From the NCBI GenBank assembly GCA_951406725.2, contig OX597840.1:22320001-22384000 (forward strand): a stretch of 64,000 bases of DNA. Direction: 5' to 3'. A program made the translations under genes and the position numbers. The DNA comes from Octopus vulgaris (Eukaryota). This document shows positions 26,601 through 37,271 of the stretch, one piece after another (the first letter of the stretch is position 1; each line of letters begins with the position of its first letter). Below the pieces are notes generated by a model. That model had not been told where the DNA came from. It made no database searches and saw only the letters and a program-made list of their open reading frames with translations.

Positions 26601-27338
26601 ACCTCAAGCCTAATGCTCCCTTCAACATGCCCAATGTCCCCTTGGGGGTGGTGCCGTCCATGTTGAAAACCTCTGAATTAATTAGTTGATTCGTCAGAGT
26701 TCTCTTTTTGCACACGTACACACACATTTACACACACAAATCATATATGCATACACAGTGTATATAATTTGTCTTTTGTTACAGATGGGATTTGATGTTT
26801 TCAATGCTTTGGACCTGATGAACAACCGAGAATTCTTAGAGAAATTAAAGTTTGGCATTGGTGATGGCAATCTACAATATTACCTGTACAACTGGAAATG
26901 TACTCCAATGGAGGCCCATCAGGTGAGATTTGCTGCATCTTTGTCTCTCTCCAACTGTTTACATGAATTCCGATTGAAGATCATTAACTGTGTACATAAT
27001 GTCACATTTTATGATATTATCTACTTCCGTGTTAACTATTTTAAAATATTGCTTATCTTTCTTTTTTACTTCCTTCTCTCTCTCTCCCTCTCCCCCCACC
27101 TAACTTTCAGTCTCTTTCCACTTCTTCCATGTCTGTCTCTCTTCCTCTCTCTCTCCTTTCCTTCTTTCCCTTTCTTCCTCTCTCTTTCTCCTTCTTCCCC
27201 TCTCCCTTCTCTTCTTATCTCCCACTCTCTCTACACTCTTACCTACCTTTATCTCTTTTTCTTTATACTCTCTCTCGTTTCACATCTTAATATTTCTTCT
27301 TTTCTCCTCCCATCCAGGTTGGTTTGGTCCTCCAATGA
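4133..27338 (+). CDS. NMT: Glycylpeptide N-tetradecanoyltransferase (N-myristoyltransferase), 11 coding exons visible, 5'-incomplete: join(4133..4274,6896..7026,8772..8863,11248..11364,13445..13615,17901..18009,20287..20358,21675..21773,25442..25606,26785..26922,27318..27338)
   Basis: Manual splicing gives one open frame of 1257 nt with NMT motifs [77 protein letters not shown] and C-terminal VGLVLQ*. All introns are GT-AG with matching phases. Confidence 0.97.
5940..6701 (-). mobile_element. Decayed mariner 5' half with TIR
   Basis: TIR-like aaaacgaaattactttcttgccaactcgaTA at about 6671-6701; minus-strand HTH remnant [17 protein letters not shown] and IVTxDETW-like segment near 6070-6100. 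Confidence 0.7.
6896..7026 (+). CDS. NMT: NMT exon B (..[43 protein letters not shown])
   Basis: tttgcAG acceptor, GTAAGT donor at 7027; IRQExYSLPxGFxWDTLD motif. Confidence 0.95.
7790..8760 (+). mobile_element. tRNA-derived SINE family A copies (ggcagtgagctggcagaa..ttctgagttcaaattc..tttcatcctttcggggtc..(ATT)n) plus a second interspersed repeat (about 8062-8490, related copy about 35550-35700)
   Basis: Pol III A-box-like (gagctggcagaa) and B-box-like (gagttcaaattcc) motifs; roughly 20 similar copies in the window. Confidence 0.85.
8772..8863 (+). CDS. NMT: NMT exon C ([31 protein letters not shown])
   Basis: tttttgtAG acceptor, GTCAGT donor; 92 nt. Confidence 0.97.
11248..11364 (+). CDS. 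NMT: NMT exon D ([38 protein letters not shown])
   Basis: ttttctgcAG acceptor, GTAAGT donor; 117 nt. Confidence 0.97.
11440..12180 (-). mobile_element. Three tandem copies of tRNA-derived SINE family C
   Basis: Repeated ttttaccagctgagtggactgg..tgctcaagaacac..aaccacaatcttacaatcatga..ccctaaccactaagc units; other copies at about 4680-4965, 10027-10320, 21148-21430, 36022-36320, 45540-45860. Confidence 0.8.
13445..13615 (+). CDS. NMT: NMT exon E ([56 protein letters not shown])
   Basis: tttcAG acceptor, GTAAGC donor; NMT signature EINFLCVHK; 171 nt. Confidence 0.98.
14845..15233 (+). mobile_element. SINE family D with RTE-like 3' tail and (GAT)n end, young CpG-intact copy
   Basis: aaaagcacccactacactcacggagtggttggcgttaggaagggcatccagc..ggacgttaaacgatgatg; related copies at about 13050-13380 and 16490-16770 (+), 1430-1570, 15950-16110 and 41680-41900 (-). 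Confidence 0.8.
17901..18009 (+). CDS. NMT: NMT exon F ([36 protein letters not shown])
   Basis: tttctatAG acceptor, GTGAGT donor; 109 nt. Confidence 0.97.
18235..18897. mobile_element. hAT-type MITE interrupted by a SINE family B copy (about 18390-18795, - strand)
   Basis: TIRs cagtggttctcaacca / tggttgagaaccactg; flanking 8-mers acttagat / gctgagat (6 of 8 match, decayed TSD); related copies at about 1170-1370, 15426-15650, 20485-20723, 20940-21050. Confidence 0.8.
18951..19300 (+). mobile_element. tRNA-derived SINE family B inserted in a TTAA-type MITE
   Basis: ctgtatggtaagaagcttgcttcccaa..ggttcagtcccactgcg..; other copies at about 31742-32070, 53180-53340 (+), 36805-37405, 47860-48220 (-). 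Confidence 0.85.
20287..20358 (+). CDS. NMT: NMT exon G ([24 protein letters not shown])
   Basis: ttttccAG acceptor, GTTTGT donor; 72 nt; TPGxR motif. Confidence 0.92.
21675..21773 (+). CDS. NMT: NMT exon H ([33 protein letters not shown])
   Basis: ttgcAG acceptor, GTGAGT donor; 99 nt; HWFLP motif. Confidence 0.96.
21788..22380. mobile_element. Three tandem copies of a piggyBac-like (TTAA) MITE
   Basis: Units of about 200 nt ending ..gaatgctaaagggTTAA, TIR CCCTTTAGCATT; single copies at about 29160-29369, 32331-32524, 10998-11170. Confidence 0.7.
22411..23294 (+). mobile_element. Internally deleted mariner with both TIRs and TA TSD
   Basis: TA|caaggtggtatcagaaaagttcctggactagt ... actagtccaggaactctttgataccacctca|TA; translation [29 protein letters not shown] and [10 protein letters not shown]. 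Confidence 0.92.
23370..25140. mobile_element. Highly AT-rich Penelope-like element relic(s) flanked by (TA)n
   Basis: Hammerhead-like motif on - strand (23708-23800); RKPTN motif near 23976-23990 on + strand; further degenerate hammerhead pieces at about 24716-24751 and 25080-25137. Confidence 0.55.
23708..23800 (-). ncRNA. Minimal type I hammerhead ribozyme motif, partly degenerate
   Basis: Reverse complement: aac CUGAAGA uugacuguaacc..gguacagccau GAAAC GAUC GUA gu; palindromic stem III loop; weak stem I. Confidence 0.6.
25442..25606 (+). CDS. NMT: NMT exon I ([55 protein letters not shown])
   Basis: cttcttccAG acceptor, GTAAGT donor; 165 nt. Confidence 0.97.
26785..26922 (+). CDS. NMT: NMT exon J ([46 protein letters not shown])
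   Basis: ttgttacAG acceptor, GTGAGA donor; NMT signature KFGxGDG; 138 nt. Confidence 0.98.
27318..27338 (+). CDS. NMT: NMT terminal coding exon (VGLVLQ*)
   Basis: Long pyrimidine tract then catccAG; GTT GGT TTG GTC CTC CAA TGA matches the conserved catalytic C-terminus of animal NMTs. Confidence 0.95.
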   Translation, partial: VGLVLQ

Positions 27339-27687
27339 GAACTGTGTATGTATATATAAAGTCACTTAAAACCATTTGTCTATTTGCACTGAAGAAGAAG
27401 AAGAAAATGATGATGGTGATGGTGATTCACTGAGCTGGTTGAGTTGTTTGCAGCTCTTCAATTCCTCCCCTCTAACCAATTCTACCACCACCACCACCAC
27501 CACCCCACCAACAATAACAACAACAACAACAAACCAACCAACCAAACAATCATTCATTCACTGGACTGAAACTGCTGCTCTGCTGTGGCTTGCTTGCTTC
27601 TCTCACCCCTCCCCATCCCCTACTCATGGGGTCTACCAACATTATAATTAATCAATTATTATTATTATTATTATTATTATCATCATG

Positions 27688-30600
27688 AAGGTGGTGGGTT
27701 GGCCAAATTGGTAGAGGGAACAGAATGTTTCAGTTACATCTCTTTGTGTTCTGAGTTCAAATCCGACTGAAGCCAAGTTCACTTTTCTTCCTACCAAAAG
27801 TCGCTAACTTCTAAAGTACCAGTTAAATACTGGTGTTAAATTAATCAACTGTAACACCCCACATCTTTTCCCCCCCAAATTTAGGTTCTTTGCGCCTCTT
27901 ATTATAAAAATTATTACTATTTTGATTAGTTAAGATGGCAAGCTGGTAGAATCGTTAGCATACCAGGCAAAATGCTTTGCGGTATTTTGTCCATCCTTAC
28001 ATTCTGAGTTCAAATTCCACCAAGGCCGACTTTGCCATCGGGGTCGATATTATCAACTAGTCCCCTTCCCTCAAATATCAAGCCCTGTGCCTTTAGTAGA
28101 AAGGATTATTATTATCATTTCAAATTCTGCCAAGGTTGACTTTGCTTTCATCCTTTTGGTGGGGATGGGGGTCAAGGAATTAAGTACCAGTTGTGCACTG
28201 GGATCGATGTATAATCAACTTACTCTTTCTCCAAAAACTTCAGGCTTTGTGTCTGTAGTAAAAAGGATTATTATCATTTCTTTATTATTATCATCATTAT
28301 TTCAGGCCTTGTACTTATAGTAGAGAGAATTATTATTATTATTATTATTATTGAAGTGGTGAGCTGGCAGAATCCTGAGCACACCAGACAAGATGCCTCT
28401 AGTGACATTTTGTCCGTCTTTAGGTTCTGAGTTTATTCTTTTGGGGTCGATAAACTAAGTACCAGTTGAGTACTGGGGTCGATGTAATAGACTATCCCCC
28501 TCTCCCGCAAAATTTCAGGCCTTGTGCCTATAGTAGAAAGGATTATTATTATTATTATAATTTTTATAATGGTGATGTTTGGGCTGAAACAGTAATGTGT
28601 ATGATACCGAGTGGTTTTCTTTCTTTTTCTGCTTCCTCTCTGTTCACGGTTCAATTCCTGCCAGAGTCGAATTTCCCATTGTTGTTGTTTATTTATTTAT
28701 TATTACAAGCAGTGGATTTGGCAGAAACTGTAGAACATTGAGCAAGAATGGTTTGTGCTAATTTTTTTGTTAGTTCTATCCACCTCTCTAGAGTCTGATT
28801 TCAGCTGATGCCAGACGTCTGTGGAATTGGGGAAGGATGTATTGACTATGTCCATCCATGTGTTCCCCACCAGATCTTTCTGATCTCTGTTTGGTGGCCT
28901 AAAGTGTTAGAAACTCTTAAAGAATTCATCTAAGACATAGTTTAAAAGCTAGTTGATAAACATACATTTATTATTAATATCTGGCAGAAGCAGATCATCA
29001 GCCAAAATGCCTTGTGGTATTTATTGTGATACATTAATTCCTTGTTTCAAATCCCACCAAGGTCCAGGCCTGGAATTGATATAATTTAACTCCTTCCTCA
29101 AATTTCTGGCCCTGTGCCTATATAAGAAAGTATTATTATTATTATTATTATTATTATGAACCCTTTAGTTCTTAAACCGGCAATAACCAGCCAAAATACT
29201 CTACAGTATCACAGCCAGATACAGCCTCTCTCACCTACCCTACAATGTCCTGAAAATAACCAATTGCATTGTGGAAATCTCAAAGCCACAAGATAATCCA
29301 TAACCACTTCAAAACAATGTGAATAAACAGGCATTACGTTGGACAGAGCAATCTGAATGGCAAAGGGTTTTGGTGGCATGCTGGCAGAATCGGTAGAGCA
29401 TCAGGAAAACTGCTTTGCTCCATTTCTCCTGACTTGTAACCTTCTGAGTTCAGATTCTGCCAAGGTCCACTTGGTCTTTTCATCCTTTCAAGGTTGATAA
29501 AAAAATAAGTACCAGTCATGTACTGGGGTCTATGTAACTCCTAACCCTTGTGCCTATTGTAGGAAAGTCATCATCATCATCATTATTATTGTTGTTGTTG
29601 AGACAGCAAGCTGGCAGAATTGTTAGCATGTTGGGTAAAATTTGCCTGTCTTCACATTCTGAGTTCAAATTCCGCCGAGGTCAACTTTACCTTTCATCCT
29701 TGATAAAATAAGTACCAGTTGAGCACTTTGGTTAATATAATCAACTTACCCCCCAATATTGCTGGCTTTGTGTCAAAATTTAAATCCATCATCATTATTA
29801 ATATTATTGTTATTGTTATTATTATTTGGGCTGTTTTTGACAAATTTGTCAGAGCAGCAGACAAAATGTACTTTGATTGTGTAGCCCTGTTTTCTTTTTT
29901 TTATTTTTCCTAATTACGTTCAACATTCAAATGTTGACTGCCTTTTATCTTTATGAAGTTGATGAAAAATAAGTTATCAGTCAACTATTAATGGTAAGGA
30001 CAATCTGTGGTGGCCTTTGTGCCTCTGTTAAAAATAATTGCTGAGAGATTGATTTAAAAAAAACCAAAACCAAACAATCAACTGTACTTGACTAAATTTA
30101 CGATGGATTGGTTAGCCAAAAGCAATAAAGGCCTATTACGAGTTGCTTTAGATCTCTTATGATCTTGGTTGGAATTCAGTAGAGAAGGTCGTGGTCATGG
30201 TGCTGGCATTGATTTGCCCTTCATCTCTCACTGGGAGCAATTTAATCAACTCCCTTCATTTCTTTACAAATCTATTGACATTGTACCAATTGCCAAGTTA
30301 GAAATTATTATTATTGTTGTTATTATTAGTAAGATGGCGAGCTGGCAGAATTGTTAGCAGGATATGCAAAGTAGCATTTCATCCTTCCATTCTGAGTTCA
30401 AATTCTGCTGAGGTCGACTTTGCCTTTCATCCTTTCGGGGTCAATAAATTAAGTACCAGTGAAACACTGGGGTTGATATAATCAACTAGTCCCCTCCCTC
30501 CAATTTTCAGACCTTGTGTCCTCAGTAGAAAGGATTATTATTATTATTTAAGGCGTGGAGCTGGCAGAATTGTTAACATGCAGAGCAAAGTGCTTAATGG

Positions 30601-30740
30601 CATTATGTTCTGGGTTCAAATACCGCCATAGTTGACTTTACCTTCATCCTTCCAGGGTCAATAAAATAAGTACCAGTTGAGTACTGGGGGTCGACGTAAT
30701 CAACTTATCCCTTCCCCCAAAATTTGAAACCATTATTATT
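27688..30740 (+). repeat. Head-to-tail cluster of SINE family A copies directly downstream of the NMT stop codon
   Basis: Heads at about 27688, 27932, 28355, 28688, 28980, 29372, 29600, 30331, 30550, mostly separated by (ATT)n or (CAT)n tracts. Confidence 0.85.
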
Positions 30741-31708
30741 TAATTTGGGGTGGGAGTTCATTTTAACAGAACCCCTGAAGTTTTTGGATGGTTTGATTGG
30801 ATGGGTAGGTGAATAAAAAGAAAATTAGGGTGGGCGGGCAAGGGTTAATTAATTAAATGCAATTTCTTGAATGAACGAAGCAACAGTCATTTTGAGGGGA
30901 AGGGTTTCAGTGATGTTAGTTTTTAAAAGTTGGGAATAACAGCAAAAGTGGATGAAAACCACTACCACCATCTGAAAGAATGGAATAAAAAGAAAAAAGA
31001 AAATGATAATAATAAAATATACAGAATGAAGAAAAAGTTTTTGAAACTGTTTAGTGGTTGTGTGTTTGTTTTTTTTTTTCTTCTGGTATTTTCTACTGTT
31101 GCTATGACTACTAATGAATCTTGTTGCATTATTGAAGAACATAGTCTTTGGAATTAATTGGCTTCTGAGTTTCTTCCTCATCTTCCTCTCGGCCCTTGGT
31201 TTATTATGAATTTACATCAGTGACTCCAAGATCTGGCAGTTCTGTGCAAACTTAATCAAACTGCTTGGTGAGTTATATTTGCTCAACTCTCTCTTTTTCA
31301 ACACTGAGGATTCTTCTTGGCTGTAATTAATAATAATAATAGGCATTTCACTTAATGTTTAGAGTTGTATTTCTCCTCTTTGTATTAACAATCCTGTGTG
31401 TGGTGGTGGTGGGGGGGTATGAGAAGGCTTGTGCCCTAGTGATTAGGGTGGTGCACTCTGGTAGCAATATCATGGTTTCATAGTTGTGTTCTTGAGCAAA
31501 TGACTTCATGTTGGCCCAATTCACCCAGCTGCAAATGGGTAACCCCGCAAAGGACTGGCATTCCATTCAGGGGAAAGGTTGGCCTGCCCACCTAACTGAT
31601 ATGGTGGCATCTTTCAAAAGCTACAACACTGCAAGGAAGCAGCAAGCACTTTGTGACCAACAATGTTCCATAACATCCAATAGTCTGGTTAATACAGTGA
31701 TGTGTGTT

Positions 31709-31742
<34 letters not shown>

Positions 31743-34634
31743 GGTGCAGGCATGGCTATGTGGTAAGAAGCTTGCTTCCCAACCACATGGTTCCAGGTTC
31801 ACTTCTACTGTGTGGTAGTTAGTGTCTTCTACTATAGCCTCAGACCAATCGAAACCTTATGAGTAGATTTAGTTGAGGGGAAACTGAAAGAAGCCTGTCA
31901 TATATATCTGTGTTTATGTCCTCATAACTTAGTAGTTCAGTAAAAGAGACTGATAGAGTAAGTCTTAGGCGTGAAAAAATAGGTCCCCGGGTTGATTTGT
32001 TCAGCAAAAATCCTTCAAGATGGTGCCCCAGCATGGCCTCATTCAAATGACTGAAACAAATAAAAGATAATATACAGGCCTGTTCACCTAACCAGCAGAG
32101 TGACATCATTCAAAAACTACAACAATGAAAAGAAGCACATTGTGACCAGCGATCCCTCCAATAGTCTGGTCAGTGCAGTGTTGTGTATCAGACTGTGAAG
32201 ACCAGTTTATAAAGCAGAGGGGTCAGTCTCCTCAACCATTGCTGGTAACTGTTTCAGGCATTTGAACTTGGATTCATTTCTTTCCCACCATTTTTAGTTC
32301 GTTATCCGTTTCATTAGTGCATTTGCTTAATTAACCCTTCAGCATTCGGATTCTTCTGTCAAAACTGATGCTTATTTATTCACATTGTTTTCAATTAATC
32401 ATGGATTCTCTCAGCTTTGAGATTTCGATGAGTTGTTTGTTTACTTTTGAGGCCTAATCTGTCAGTTTGATGACGAAACAGAATATTTGGGCCAGATATG
32501 ACCGGTTTGAACGCTAACGAGTTAAATACTAATATTAGTTAGTATTAACGATAACGATTGGGAAGCAGTGAGTTGGCAAGAATGCTGGTGGCACACATTG
32601 GACCAAATTCCTGACAGCATTTACTCATTTTTACATTTTACATTGTGTGTTTACGAAATGTCTGCCGGAAGAAGTAAAACCGGGAGAATGAGAGGGAGAG
32701 GTGTGTGCTGGTCATCTTCCACAGAATATGGAAATATATTGGAAGGGAGTTCCAATGTGGATGAGGTCCTGCAACCTTTAATCTGTCCAAAGCATTTTCA
32801 TATGTTCTGAATAATGTAAAGCTTTCCTTTCATAAGTCCCAACTTACTTTTGGTGGTTGAAAAACATTGGGAATGTGTATCCTGTATGATGCACAGACCC
32901 CAGAGAAATATGCCCTGTGTATCCCATGTAATACATGCGACAAGTAAAAGAAAACAACAAACTAAAAATAAAAAGCAACCCAAATATTTAGTTTTGTGCT
33001 GATTCTTCCAAACAAATTACTAATTAACAAGATTAATTAGAGTAGTTGATTGAAAGAAATGAGAGATCATCTGTTGCTATGATTCTGATTCCAATTGCAC
33101 CCGTTTCATCTTCTCATGTTTCCAGAGGTGATGAAATAAAGTACCAGTTATATACTGAGGTTGAATATAACTATTGATGCTTTCCCTCTTCCAATAAAAA
33201 AACAAACAAAATTTTTACAGAAAATAAAGTAAATCTTGAATGTAGAATAGCTGTGAAAACAAGGAGATTGAGTGAATCCCCTTTGGAGACGGGTTGACAG
33301 AAGGCAGCTACAGAGAATCAAACCCTGTACATTATTAGTGACGAGCAGTATTAATGCTGACATGTAATATCTGTCCCCACTTAAATGTTCTTGTTTGTTC
33401 TAACAGAACATCCACATTTAAGTGGGGACAGATCATCCCGAACCCTGGACCTCTCGATTCTCTGTTGTCAGCTTTTCTGTCTCCTGATGGCATTTTGCCA
33501 GTCTTCTCAGTCGTTTTCACAGCCATCCTATGTTTTCTGCAAGATGCCAACTCACTCAGCGCTTCTAAGATTGTTTATAAAAATGTGTAGAGAGAAAATA
33601 GAAAGCTGATGACAATGCAGAAAGTTTAATAAAAACCTTTGTATTTCAAGCGCAAAGGCCCATTTTCAGAAGAAAAGAACGGTCAGAGGAAAGTATAGTT
33701 ATATTGGTATAACTGGACTTTTCTCAGACTTCTTTTCTTCTGAAGATGGTTCTTTGTACCTGACATATAAAGGTTTTATTAAACTTTCCACATTGTCAGA
33801 AGTTTTCTATTCTCTCCCTTTTTACCTTCTTCAGTATTACAATGCTTCAAGCAAACAGCAACACTCTTTTAGATATAAATGTATGTATTTGAGGCACTGC
33901 ACCTTTGGTAGAAACCAATTAATTAATTGGATACCTATCAATCAATGCAAATACAACAAAGAACAAACCTAGAAAAACCCAGATCTCTTGGAATTTAGGG
34001 GATACAAAACTAATGATGTGTCAAGATTTGAACACTTGCCATCAATTTTCTTTTTTGTGTGTGTGTATTAGGGGTGGGGTGTTAAACTATTGAACTGTTT
34101 TTCAATGCTAGTATTTTGCCAATACTAGCACCCGTAAAGTCTACAAATATTTTTAAATCACTTAATGTCAAAAACAAAAGGGTCTGAATGTGATTTTATT
34201 TAACTAATGCTTACAAAATTACAATCCTATGAAAATACAATAATTAACTGAGCCACATAGAAGAATCCTAATTCTATAAAACTTCTGTTTTTCTAAATTC
34301 AGCAGAAAAATCTCTTGAATCACATGACAATTACACCTTTATAAAATATATATTGATAAATAACCTTTTGAATAAAAAGGAAAGTTTTTTTTATTTAACA
34401 AAAATAAATGAAAATCTTCAATAACAACGGAATTAATTTTTTTTTTTTTTTTTTAATATTTTGAAAAATAGATTTCAGAAAACAGAAAATGCAATGGATT
34501 TTCTTGATCTATTTTGTAAGATGTAATCCAGCTTCAGGATAAAACTGCTTCTGACTGTATGCTTGTGAGTCTTATGGAAAGTCAGTCCAGTCATAGAGGT
34601 TATGTAAGTGGTACTTCAAAAGTTGGACTTTTTG

Positions 34635-34666
<32 letters not shown>

Positions 34667-34719
34667 TGCATCCAAAGAAGTAGATTTGGTTAGAAGTGTG
34701 ATAGTCTCCATTTTGAAAT

Positions 34720-35426
34720 CAAGGTGGTATCAAAAGAGTTCCCAGACTAGTTATGGTTAATAAAAAATAACTCCTTTACTTAAGTTATTACATCGTCTCC
34801 TTTGAAATTATCACCATGTGCAGCAACAGTGTTAAAACTGTGACCTTTGAGTTGCTTTTCCATCTTGGAGAAGAGACAGAAGCCCGCAGGTGCTAAATCT
34901 AGTGAATAGGGTGGGTGCGGAAGTGACACCATGTTTTTGGTAAGAAACTCCTGGGTGAGGAGAGCTTGGTGACAGGGTGCATTGTCATCACAGATCCTGT
35001 CACTTTTGCTAAATGCTTCAAAATGTTGCAGTAGAACTCACGACTGATGGTCTGGCCCTGGGGGGTGAATTCTTATTGTGCAATACCACATTTCCAGGAG
35101 TGATGCTTGTGGTAGGTCTTCCGATGTTCTGCTTTTGAAGCACCCATCCCACTCAAAACATTGCCTCATCACCATAAGCTTACTGAAGCATGCTCAATGC
35201 CTCTAGCAGACTTCCCAAGTTTAACACAAAATTTCACCTTGGCTCTGTTCTTGTGCATGACATAATCGCAGACTACAAAAACACAAATTTCACAACTTGT
35301 GAAGTAAACAGAGATGTCACTCTGCCTCATGACGGTTGCTGCTCGCTCTCACTGTGCACACAACTGAGTGCTGCCATCTATTGGTATGCTGCAGAACTAA
35401 TCTTGGAACTTTTTAATACCACTTCA
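34720..35426 (-). mobile_element. Second deleted copy of the mariner family seen at 22411-23294, opposite orientation
   Basis: caaggtggtatcaaaagagttcccagactagt ... gaactttttaataccacttca|TA; shared internal acacaaatttcacaacttgtgaagtaa and cttcccaagtttaacacaaaat. Confidence 0.88.
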
Positions 35427-37213
35427 TATTCTGCAAATAATATGGAGATAACACTGTAACATGATTTTTGTCCTTATGTAGCAACTATTACCCCTAGAAA
35501 ATAGGAAAAACAGTTAATATTTCCTTCAAATTTTGCTTTCGTTACATTTATTCAAACCCCAAAGAATCCCTCTCAACACATGGCTATGATGCTCCCCCTC
35601 TATGCCTGCTCATGGTAAGAGATGCGCATAATGTCAGCCACTAAGGGACATGCTCAAGCAATTGACAAGCAGATCTGCAGTATTGAGCAGAATATTTGCT
35701 ATAATGATATTTCTGCTTCAGCAACTCAGCGCGGAAATGTAATGGAAAATAAGTCAGTTTCAAAACGTTGATGTCCAGGTTAGAAAAGCAAAGTTTGAAG
35801 GCAATAAGTAAACATTTCCTCTGATTTCTAGATCGAAGCCAATAGGAAATAACACTGTCCAAAGATGAAAAAAAGATTTAAATTTTGTTACATGATGTAA
35901 TGAGTTGCTTAGATTTCCAAGTGCAATAGTAGGTATGAAACTAATGATAACTTTATGACTAGTTATATGCCATAACCGAAGACCTACTACACTCATTTGT
36001 ACTCCATTGGTTATGAGGACAAAGGTTCCAGTTGGTCCAATCACCAGAACAGCCTGCTCCTGAAATTAATGTGGAAGTGGCTGAGCACTCCACAGACACA
36101 TGTACCCTTCATGTAGTTCTCAGGGAGATTCAGCGTGACACAGAATGTGACAAGACTGACCCTTTGAAATACAGGTATAACACATTTTTGCCAGCTGGGT
36201 GGACTGGAGCAATGTAAAATAAAGTGTCTTGCTCAAGGAGACAATGCCTTGCCAGGAATTAAACTTTCAACTTTACGATTATGAGCTGAATACCCTAATC
36301 ACTAAGCTACCAGCCTTCACACTACTCCACTACATAAAATGGAACTGTTTGAAATTTCATTTAGAACATACTTTATTTACTGACTGGTATCTATCAATCG
36401 ATTGTGGTAAGAAACTCAAGAGAGAGCAGAGCAGCTGAAAGTCTTCAGAAACTCCCTTCAGGAAAGTGTCTCAGCCCTTCTTACACTGAAAGGGAACTGG
36501 GCTGCATCCAAATCATGACTCCTGAGTGCCCTTCTGCCAACACATTTTAGTCACTGAAGGATTACTCAATACAGTTGGTAGAGTACAGGTTTATTATTCT
36601 TTAACAATGGATAGTATTGATAATGACTTTGAAGTTTCGGCCAGTTAAGCCATGATCGGACCGTGGCACATTTGAGTTCATCTTAGCTTTACAGAGTGTC
36701 TGTTCTTAAGTTGAAATTTCTGGGCTGAGTTGAGCTCTCATCATCATCATTTAATATCTGTTGTCCTCGGTTGTATGCTAGGTTGTGGTGGCAAGGTGCT
36801 CTTTTATTCTTGTTTCAGTCGTCTGACTGCAGCCATGCTGGAGCACAACCTTAATGGGTTTTTAGTTGTAGAAATCAACCCCAGGGCTTATTCCTTTGTA
36901 AGCCTAGTACTTATTCTATCAGTTTCTTTTTTGCCCAACTGCTAAGTTACAGGAATGTAAACACACCAACATCGGTTGTCAAGCAATAGTAGGTGACAGA
37001 CGCGCGGTCATTTCAAAATGTAACTACATGGAGATTGTTTGCAATTTTTTTTTCCTTCCTCTTCTTTTTCTCTTGGACTTTTCTCTCTGTCCTGTTCCTG
37101 TAGGAGAGCTTTGCTCAAAACATAAAATATCCTTTCTTTCCTTCCCTGAGCATCTTTTAATACTTTGCATGTACCACAGTCCTCACGTCGTTTTCTTCAT
37201 GTTTTTGGATCAG

Positions 37214-37271
<58 letters not shown>

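Noticed and set aside
26686-27369. 227-aa ORF as a separate gene or extended C-terminus
   Set aside because: It is NMT exon J read through stop-poor CT-rich intron; canonical splicing gives the conserved VGLVLQ* end.
37095-37130. Hammerhead-like ctgtagga-gagctttgctc-aaaac
   Set aside because: Both core boxes are broken and no cleavage triplet or stem I is identifiable.
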